Positions 13,446-20,439 of a stretch of 24,000 nt of DNA are shown piece after piece (within the stretch, counting starts at the first letter, position 1; every line of letters begins with the position of its first letter). The DNA is from Phycisphaerae bacterium (lineage in GTDB: Bacteria > Planctomycetota > Phycisphaerae > UBA1845 > UTPLA1). Location: the NCBI GenBank assembly GCA_046753965.1, contig JBHHUY010000010.1:1-24000 (forward strand), read 5' to 3'. The notes under the pieces are model-generated. The model saw only the letters and a program-made list of their open reading frames with translations, had not been told where the DNA came from and ran no database searches. The position numbers and the translations under genes are program-made.

Positions 13446-14843
13446 ATGCGGGCCCTTACACTACAAGAGATGGCTTCGGCCATGGGCGGGCGAGTCTACG
13501 GCGAGATCACGACGCCCCGGATCACCAGTGTCTCAACGGACTCGCGCGCGTTTCGAGAAGGCGCGCTGTTCTTCGCCATCAAGGGCGAACGATTCGACGG
13601 CCACGTGTTTGTGGAAACCGTCCTGGAACAGGGCGCCGCCGCGGCCGTGGTCGATGACGTCTCCAAAGTCGATCGGAAGTATCGCACCTCCGGCCGATTG
13701 GTCGAGGTCCCTGACACGGTTCTGGCCCTCGGCCGACTGGCCGGCTGGTACCGGCGACAGTTCGCCGCGCAGGTCATCGCGGTCTTGGGGAGCAACGGCA
13801 AGACGACGGTCAAGGATCTGATCGGCGCCGTGCTCGGCTCGACACTGCCCGGACGGGTGGCCGAAGCGAGTTTCAACAACGCAATCGGCGTCCCGTTGAC
13901 GTTGCTCGCGGCCGAGCCGGCCGACGAGTTCCTCGTGGTCGAGATCGGAACCAATCATCCGGGAGAGGTGGCCACCCTGGCCCGCATCGCCAGTCCGGAT
14001 CTGGCTGTCGTCACGAGCATCGGCGAGGAACACCTGGCCTTCTTCGAAAACCTGGAGGCCGTCGCGCGAGAGGAGTTTTCGTTCCTCTCGCTGATGCGGA
14101 GCCGCGCGTTTGTCGCCGTGAGCGACCAGGCCGCGCCCTACGCCCCCCGCCGAACCGACCGCTCCTGTGTGATGCTGACTTACGGCTGCGACGCGGGCGC
14201 CGACCTGCGAGCCGAAAACATCAAACAGAATCAGCGGGGACAGCGCTTTCGCGTGAACGGCCGATTCGACTACACCATTCCATTGTTCGGCAGGCACAAC
14301 GTACGAAACGCCCTGGCCGCGATTGCAATTGGAACGCGTTTCCGGCTGCCGCATGACCGGATCGCGGCGGCCCTGTCCAAGTGCCACGCGCCGCCGATGC
14401 GACTGGAGCGGCGGAAGCTCGGCTCTATCACGGTGATCAATGACGCCTACAACGCCAATCCCGGCAGCATGCGCGCCGCCTTCGAGGCCATGGACGCCAC
14501 GACGGAAGCCCGGCGCCGCGTCTTCATCCTCGGAGACATGCGCGAGCTGGGAACGGCGGCGGCGCGATGTCACGGCGCCGTCGGGCGCGAGGCGGGTCGG
14601 TCATCGGCCCAGGTCATCGTGGCCGTCGGAGACCATGCCCGCGTCATCGCCGACGGCGCGACCGTCACGGCCGGAACCTCCAAGCGCATCTACGCCTATC
14701 CGTCGGTCGCGGCACTCAAGAACAAACTGCCCGATCTGCTGGAGCCGGGTGATGTCGTGCTCTTGAAGGCCTCCAGGGCCGTCAGGCTCGAACAGTTGGT
14801 CGAACCCATCGCGAAATGCGCGCACTACACGATCGTGGATTGA
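13446..14843 (+). CDS. murF: UDP-N-acetylmuramoyl-tripeptide--D-alanyl-D-alanine ligase MurF
   Basis: VSTDSR...ALFFAIKGERFDGH, P-loop VLGSNGKTTVKD, and VINDAYNANPGSM. ATG 13446 lies 1 nt after the murE stop codon. Confidence 0.9.
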   Translation: MRALTLQEMASAMGGRVYGEITTPRITSVSTDSRAFREGALFFAIKGERFDGHVFVETVLEQGAAAAVVDDVSKVDRKYRTSGRLVEVPDTVLALGRLAGWYRRQFAAQVIAVLGSNGKTTVKDLIGAVLGSTLPGRVAEASFNNAIGVPLTLLAAEPADEFLVVEIGTNHPGEVATLARIASPDLAVVTSIGEEHLAFFENLEAVAREEFSFLSLMRSRAFVAVSDQAAPYAPRRTDRSCVMLTYGCDAGADLRAENIKQNQRGQRFRVNGRFDYTIPLFGRHNVRNALAAIAIGTRFRLPHDRIAAALSKCHAPPMRLERRKLGSITVINDAYNANPGSMRAAFEAMDATTEARRRVFILGDMRELGTAAARCHGAVGREAGRSSAQVIVAVGDHARVIADGATVTAGTSKRIYAYPSVAALKNKLPDLLEPGDVVLLKASRAVRLEQLVEPIAKCAHYTIVD

Positions 14844-14898
14844 GCCGCGATCGTTCGACCGCGCCGCCACGGGGGAACGCTAGAAGGACCTGCAAGGC

Positions 14899-16029
14899 GT
14901 GATCTATCACCTGCTCAAACACTTGATCAAGGGACACTACGGCTATGAGAACCCCCTCTTCCGCGCGACGGTCGCGATCCTGGTGGCGTTCCTGGTCGTC
15001 TGGACGCTCGGTCCTTCGGTCATCCGCTGGCTGATCCGGATGAAATGCGGCGACATCCCCGATTTCGATCACCGCGAGCTCAACGAACTGACGATCCACA
15101 AGGCCAACGTCCCGACCATGGGCGGGTTGCTGATCCTGTTCGGCGTGGCGACGGGCGTGCTCCTCCTGGCGGACCTCACGGTCTTCTACATCCATCTCGC
15201 GCTGACCTGCATGGCCTGGCTGGGCGCCGTCGGCTTCTGCGACGACTGGTTCAAGCTCATGGACAAGGGCAAAAACCGTAACCGAGACGGACTCAAGTTC
15301 TACCAGAAACTGCTGTTTCAGATGGGACTGGGCGTGATGCTCGGCTTTTTCATCTACAAGGTCGGGAAGCAGGCCTATCAAGGGCAGGAGATCGAGCTCT
15401 TCCGAATCCTCAGCATTCCCTTCGTCAAGGGCGACCTTCAAAATCCGATCCTCCTGTCCGTGCCCGCCTTCATCATCATCACCATTCTTGTCGTCGCCGG
15501 CACCTCCAACGCCGTGAACCTCACCGACGGAATGGACGGGCTGGCCGCCGGCTGCGTCGCCATGTGCTGTCTCGTGTTCATGTTGCTCTCTTTCGCCGTG
15601 GGAAACGAGGATCTGGCGCGCTACCTCCAGTATTCTCACATCCCCAGGGCCGGCGAACTTTCGGTCCTCTGCGGCGCGATGCTGGGGGCTTCGCTGGGAT
15701 TCCTCTGGTACAACGCCAACCCGGCCCAGGTTTTCATGGGCGACACGGGCTCCCTTCCGCTCGGCGGCCTGATCGGGTTCGTCGCCATCGTGATCCGCCA
15801 GGAACTCATGTTGCTGATCGTCGGGGGCGTATTCGTCATCGAGGCGCTCTCAGTGATGCTCCAGGTCGGATACTTCAAGGCCAGCGGCGGCAAACGGCTC
15901 TTCCTCATCGCCCCGATCCACCACCACTTTCACCTCAAAGGATGGAAGGAGAATCAGGTCGTTATCCGATTCTGGCTGCTGTCCGCCCTCTTCGCGGTCG
16001 TGGCCTTGGCGACGACAAAACTCCGATAG
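14899..16029 (+). CDS. mraY: Phospho-N-acetylmuramoyl-pentapeptide transferase MraY
   Basis: PTMGGLLIL, CDDWFKL, NAVNLTDGMDGLA, MGDTGSLPLGG and APIHHHF are canonical MraY motifs in a polytopic membrane protein. GTG start at 14899. Confidence 0.9.
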   Translation: MIYHLLKHLIKGHYGYENPLFRATVAILVAFLVVWTLGPSVIRWLIRMKCGDIPDFDHRELNELTIHKANVPTMGGLLILFGVATGVLLLADLTVFYIHLALTCMAWLGAVGFCDDWFKLMDKGKNRNRDGLKFYQKLLFQMGLGVMLGFFIYKVGKQAYQGQEIELFRILSIPFVKGDLQNPILLSVPAFIIITILVVAGTSNAVNLTDGMDGLAAGCVAMCCLVFMLLSFAVGNEDLARYLQYSHIPRAGELSVLCGAMLGASLGFLWYNANPAQVFMGDTGSLPLGGLIGFVAIVIRQELMLLIVGGVFVIEALSVMLQVGYFKASGGKRLFLIAPIHHHFHLKGWKENQVVIRFWLLSALFAVVALATTKLR

Positions 16030-16041
16030 CCGCGTTCGCCG

Positions 16042-17316
16042 ATGATAGACGGGGCGGACGGCCGATCGTTCAGCTCGGTGACCCCCTGGAGGCAGGAAAT
16101 GCTTCGCGTCGACAGCCAGCCGTCGCCCACCAGCACAACGATCACCATCGCCGCATCCGCGCTGCTCGGCCTCGGCATCGTCATGGTCTTCTCCGCCGGT
16201 GCGAGCCTGTCTGCGCCGCCGCTGACCGAGCATCCGCTTCGCAACCCATCGGTGCGCCAGGCCGGGTTCACCCTCGCGGCCCTCACCACCATGCTGATGG
16301 TGGGCTTGTGTCCCTATGATTCGTGGCGAATCCGCAGGCGATCGTTCTTCCAGCCGGTCCTCCTGCTCCTGCTGCTCATCCTCGTTCCCGGCATCGGCGA
16401 ATCCCGTCACGGGGCCCGGCGATGGCTGCCGCTCGGCCCGGCCGGCCTGGGGCTCGGGTTTCAGCCCTCGGAAGTCGCAAAGCTGGCGCTCGTGCTGTTC
16501 CTGGCCGCGTTTTGCTCGCGCATCGGCGATAGGATTCGCAGTTTCTGGCTCGGGTTTCTGCCGGCCGTCGCCGTGATCGGTACCATCGTCGGCTTGGTCG
16601 GAGTCGAGGACTTCGGTACGGCGGCCTTATTGGCTGTCGTCGGGGTTTCGATCCTGTTGGCAGGCGGCGCGAGGCCGTGGCACCTGCTGCTCCTCAGTCT
16701 GCCCGCCGTGGGAGGCGTCGTCACCCTGATCGCAATGAAACCTTATCGCCTCGCGCGGTTGACGTCGTTTCTTCATCCGGAGGCCGACCCGCAGGGCGCG
16801 GGGTACCACCAGATCCAATCGCTCGTGACGATCGCCTCGGGCGGCTGGTGGGGAAGAGGTCTTGGTGCCGGCATCCAGAAGTACGGCTATTTGCCCGAGG
16901 GGCGGACGGACTTTATCTTCGCCGTGATTTGCGAGGAATTGGGAATCGTCGGCGGCATCGCCGTGATCGCGTTGTTCGGCGTCCTGCTCTGGCAAGGCAG
17001 ACGCGCGATGCAGCGGGCCCCGAACGAGTTCGGGCGCCTCCTCGCCCTGGGGGTCACGCTCATGATCGGCTTGCAGGCGGCCATGAATGTCGCGGTCGTG
17101 ACGGTTTCGGTTCCGACCAAAGGCATCGGCCTTCCACTGGTATCCGCCGGCGGAACAGGCGTCGTCCTCTTCAGCATCCTCATCGGCCTTCTCGTCAACG
17201 TGGCGCGGCGACGATCTCCCGAAAGAAGCCGGCGACCGCGGAGCGATGTGGTTGCCCCCGTTCTCCCACCGGTTTCGTTCGCCGGTACACTCGCGACCAC
17301 GAGTGAGGCGCATTGA
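16042..17316 (+). CDS. ftsW: SEDS-family peptidoglycan glycosyltransferase / lipid II flippase-like protein FtsW
   Basis: Polytopic protein with the FtsW/RodA/SpoVE motifs RWLPLGP...FQPSEVAKLALVLFLA, PEGRTDFIFAVICEELG and GIGLPLVSAGGTG. It sits in the dcw cluster between mraY and murG. The start could be 16042 or the internal ATG near 16099. Confidence 0.85.
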   Translation: MIDGADGRSFSSVTPWRQEMLRVDSQPSPTSTTITIAASALLGLGIVMVFSAGASLSAPPLTEHPLRNPSVRQAGFTLAALTTMLMVGLCPYDSWRIRRRSFFQPVLLLLLLILVPGIGESRHGARRWLPLGPAGLGLGFQPSEVAKLALVLFLAAFCSRIGDRIRSFWLGFLPAVAVIGTIVGLVGVEDFGTAALLAVVGVSILLAGGARPWHLLLLSLPAVGGVVTLIAMKPYRLARLTSFLHPEADPQGAGYHQIQSLVTIASGGWWGRGLGAGIQKYGYLPEGRTDFIFAVICEELGIVGGIAVIALFGVLLWQGRRAMQRAPNEFGRLLALGVTLMIGLQAAMNVAVVTVSVPTKGIGLPLVSAGGTGVVLFSILIGLLVNVARRRSPERSRRPRSDVVAPVLPPVSFAGTLATTSEAH

Positions 17317-17366
17317 CCGGCGCGGCGCGCGGCGGCACGTTCTTGCAATCAAACAGAGCAAGATGA

Positions 17367-18485
17367 ATGCCCACCGATAGACCTTGGTTCGTCATCGCCG
17401 GCGGCGGAACGGGTGGACATCTCTATCCGGGGCTGGCCGTGGCGGATGCGCTCCGCGCTGGCGCGCCGGACTATGATGTCACCGTCTTCGGAACGCCGCG
17501 CCCGATCGACAGGCGTCTGACCGAGCCACGCCGGATCGAACTCGTCGAACAACCCGTCCTGCCGTTTCCCCGGAAACCGCTGGAACTCTACCGGTTTCTC
17601 CGGGCCTGGCGTTGCTCCGTCACGGCGGCGCGGGCGCGTTTCAAGAAACGCAGGCCCGCCGTCGTCCTGGGGTTGGGCGGCTATGCCGCGGGGCCGCCCT
17701 TCGTCGCCGCGGCGAAGCTGCGGGTTCCCACAGCATTGTTCAACCCGGATGCGCTTCCGGGCCTCGCCAACAGGCGTCTGGCCCCGAAGGCAGATCGCAT
17801 CTTCGTCCAGTGGCGGGAAACGGCCGAGCAATTCAGTCGATCAGAACGCGTCCGCTGCACCGGCTGTCCCATCCGCGCCGACTTCGCCTTCGCCGATCGT
17901 GCCGAGGCTGTTCACGCCCTGAAGCTCGATCCCCGGCGCAAGACGCTCCTTGTCACCGGAGCCTCCCAGGGCGCCTGGTCCATCAACGCCGCGATGCTCC
18001 AGCTTGTTGACCTCTGGCGAGCCCTCACCGACTGGCAGATCGTCCATCTGACCGGCACAACCGATCTGCAGACCTGTCGTCAGAAGTACGCGCAAGAAGG
18101 CATCCGCGCGCGGACCTTCGCGTTCACCGAGCACATGCCGCGGTGCATGGCCGCCGCCGATCTGATCCTGAGTCGCGCGGGGGCGGGCACGCTCGCGGAA
18201 ATCACGGCGATGGGTCTGCCCAGCGTCCTGATGCCTTATCCGTTCGACAGAAAGAAGCACCAGCTCGCGAACGCCCGAGTCCTGGTCGGCGCGCATGCCG
18301 CCGTGCTCGTCGAGGACGCGAACAACCCGGAGATCAACGCGGAACGCCTGCGCGGGGTTCTCGGCAATCTCATGAAATCCGAGGACCGACGTCGTCATCT
18401 GGGTGAGGTGGCCGGTGCGATGGGACGGCACGACGCCGCGGAAACCATCGCCGCCGAATTGCTCGAGCTGGCGCGCGCGGGTTGA
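17367..18485 (+). CDS. murG: Undecaprenyldiphospho-muramoylpentapeptide beta-N-acetylglucosaminyltransferase MurG
   Basis: N-terminal AGGGTGGHLYPGLAVADAL, TGASQGA, and SRAGAGTLAEITAMGLPSVLMPYP are typical MurG (GT28) motifs. Confidence 0.9.
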   Translation: MPTDRPWFVIAGGGTGGHLYPGLAVADALRAGAPDYDVTVFGTPRPIDRRLTEPRRIELVEQPVLPFPRKPLELYRFLRAWRCSVTAARARFKKRRPAVVLGLGGYAAGPPFVAAAKLRVPTALFNPDALPGLANRRLAPKADRIFVQWRETAEQFSRSERVRCTGCPIRADFAFADRAEAVHALKLDPRRKTLLVTGASQGAWSINAAMLQLVDLWRALTDWQIVHLTGTTDLQTCRQKYAQEGIRARTFAFTEHMPRCMAAADLILSRAGAGTLAEITAMGLPSVLMPYPFDRKKHQLANARVLVGAHAAVLVEDANNPEINAERLRGVLGNLMKSEDRRRHLGEVAGAMGRHDAAETIAAELLELARAG

Positions 18486-18518
18486 CCCGACACGGCCGCG
18501 AACCGCGTCGAGCCGGAT

Positions 18519-18542
18519 CGAGAATCCCATCGCGAATCCCAC
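18519..18542. repeat. Tandem 12-nt direct repeat (CGAGAATCCCAT / CGCGAATCCCAC)
   Basis: Read directly: two adjacent 12-mers are identical at 10/12 positions, with an exact shared GAATCCCA core (18522-18529, 18534-18541). It lies 34 nt after the murG stop codon and about 145 nt upstream of the next gene. Confidence 0.5.
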
Positions 18543-18686
18543 AACAGATCAAGGAGCCCGGCCGGCTTGAGTTTGTTCGTCCGTCCATTGGCCCCTGGCA
18601 CCACTACGCTGTAGGATCATCTTCTGGCCGATGCCGAACGCGGCGACAGGTCGGGCAGTCTCCTTTCATCCGCGAGGGATTCTTCC

Positions 18687-20069
18687 ATGAAAACAACCTT
18701 GCTCGCTCTCACGTGCCTTGAATTCTGCACAGGGTCTGCGTTCGGCGCTGCTCCATCGGGCACTGCCGTGAAGTATTGGCCGCAATGGCGCGGCCCGACC
18801 GCAACGGGCGTCGCGCCGCACGGGAAGCCTCCGCTCAAGTGGAGCGAATCAAAGAACATCCGCTGGAAAGTTGCCATTCCCGGCCGAGGACATGCGACGC
18901 CCATTATCTGGGGCGATCGGGTCTATGTTCAGACCGCCGTGAAGACAGCCAAGACGGTTGAGCCCAAGGCGAGGGCAGACAAGGCACCGGAGGAGCGGCC
19001 GAATCGCCGCAGGCGCGGTCGACGGAACTGGATGGGCAGTGTCGAACCAACCCATATCTACAAGTTCATCCTGGTCGCTCTCGACCGCCAAACGGGGAAA
19101 ACAGTCTGGCAGAAGACCCTTCGCGAAGAACTTCCGCACGAGGGCGGCCACCGCGACGCCAGCCAGGCCTCCAACTCACCCGTCACCGACGGCAAGTACC
19201 TCATCGCCTACTTCGGCTCTCGCGGTCTCTATTGTCTGGACATGGAAGGCAAGGTGCTCTGGGAGAAAGACCTGGGCGACATGCGGACGCGTCTGGGCTT
19301 TGGTGAGGGCAGCTCGCCGGCGCTCTACGGCGACACGGTCGTCGTCAACTGGGATCACGAGGGGCAGTCGTTCATCGTCGCGCTTGACAAGAAGACCGGC
19401 CGGCAGCGCTGGAAGATCGATCGCGACGAACAGACCTCCTGGGCCACACCGCTGATCGTTGAAGTCCGCGGCGAGCCGCAGGTCATCACCAGCGCTTCAG
19501 GCCGCATTCGCAGTTACGACCTGAAGACCGGCGAAGTGCGTTGGGTATGTGGAGGGATGACGCCGAACGTCATCCCATCTCCTGTGTCCGGGAACGACCT
19601 GGTGTTTGCCATGAGCGGCTTTCGCGGCAACGCGTTGCGGGCCATTCGCTACGTCGATGCGCGGGGGGACATCACGGACTCGTCCGCCGTGGCCTGGAAG
19701 TACGACGGTAACGGCACACCGTATGTTCCTTCACCCTTGCTCTATCGCGACACGCTCTACTTTCTGAAACGCAACAACGCGATTCTGTCCTGCTTCGACG
19801 CCAAGACCGGCAAACAACACTACTCGAAGAAGCGCCTGGAAGGGTTGGAGGGCGTCTACGCATCACCGGTCGGCGCCGCGGATCGCGTCTACATCGTCGG
19901 CCGAAACGGCAAGACGGCGGTCATCAAGCGGGGCGCCGAGTTCGAATTGCTGGCCGTCAACTCGCTCGACGACGAGTTCGCGGCCTCCCCGGCGATTGTC
20001 GACCACGCGCTCTATCTTCGCGGCCGGACGCACCTCTACTGCATCGCTGAAGGCGCGACCTCCGATTAG
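18687..20069 (+). CDS. Secreted PQQ-like (BamB-type) beta-propeller repeat protein
   Basis: Signal peptide MKTTLLALTCLEFCTGSAFGA. WPQWRGP..TGV opening motif. Repeated blades of the type G.VYV / DG.V.W. (RVYVQT, GKTVWQ, GKVLWE, GEVRWV, DRVYIVG, ALYLRG), typical of PQQ-like propellers. Confidence 0.75.
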   Translation: MKTTLLALTCLEFCTGSAFGAAPSGTAVKYWPQWRGPTATGVAPHGKPPLKWSESKNIRWKVAIPGRGHATPIIWGDRVYVQTAVKTAKTVEPKARADKAPEERPNRRRRGRRNWMGSVEPTHIYKFILVALDRQTGKTVWQKTLREELPHEGGHRDASQASNSPVTDGKYLIAYFGSRGLYCLDMEGKVLWEKDLGDMRTRLGFGEGSSPALYGDTVVVNWDHEGQSFIVALDKKTGRQRWKIDRDEQTSWATPLIVEVRGEPQVITSASGRIRSYDLKTGEVRWVCGGMTPNVIPSPVSGNDLVFAMSGFRGNALRAIRYVDARGDITDSSAVAWKYDGNGTPYVPSPLLYRDTLYFLKRNNAILSCFDAKTGKQHYSKKRLEGLEGVYASPVGAADRVYIVGRNGKTAVIKRGAEFELLAVNSLDDEFAASPAIVDHALYLRGRTHLYCIAEGATSD

Positions 20070-20333
20070 CGCTCCATGATTCTCCCACGGCAAGCTTTCC
20101 GCCGACTGCCACAGCGAGGGCCTTGCCCCCAACCAAGTCTATCAATGGCGGATGCAATTGCCGGCCTCGATCGCGTTCACGATCGTGCAGATCCGGAGTC
20201 GCCTCCGGCCGGGCGTCGCCGGAAACTGAGCACGCCCGGCGTGCTGCAAGAGTAGGAGAACATCAACTGTTGACCTGCCCCAAAGAGCGTGCCGGGATGC
20301 AGTACGACGTGGTTGCCCTGTCCTCTCCCGCCC

Positions 20334-20363
20334 TTCAGATACCGACCGTGTTTGTGTTATCAT
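20334..20363 (+). promoter_or_regulatory. Candidate sigma-70-type promoter for the GH13 gene
   Basis: TTCAGA (20334-20339), 18-nt spacer, TATCAT (20358-20363), in a short AT-richer patch. This would give a ~70-nt leader ending in a strong GGAGGAG Shine-Dalgarno sequence (20428-20434). Confidence 0.3.
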
Positions 20364-20439
20364 GATGGCATGCGGCGCTGCGCCTTGGGGATGCCGAGGG
20401 CGTCGCGTAGTCTCTGCGAAGTCCTTCGGAGGAGATTGC

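Noticed and set aside
16030-16041. The idea that the BshC-like putative ligase might functionally replace the missing MurD.
   Set aside because: Mur ligases form a distinct and highly conserved family. MurE and MurF here are canonical and need the MurD product. Relocation of murD elsewhere in the genome is far more likely, and nothing in the sequence supports substitution.
18566-18595. A second CTTGAGTTT (the same 9-mer as the flgM -35 region) upstream of the propeller gene, considered as another sigma-28 promoter.
   Set aside because: The sequence 11 nt downstream (CATTGGCC) does not resemble the GCCGATAA -10 element, so only the -35-like half is present.
20070-20333. ORFs 20123-20365(+) and 20142-20546(-), and small hairpins (20192-20207, 20229-20245), in the 370-bp gap before the GH13 gene.
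   Set aside because: The ORF translations have no motifs, lack ribosome-binding sites and overlap each other and the GH13 leader. The hairpins are short (6-7 bp), lack U-tracts, and could at most be a weak terminator for the propeller gene.
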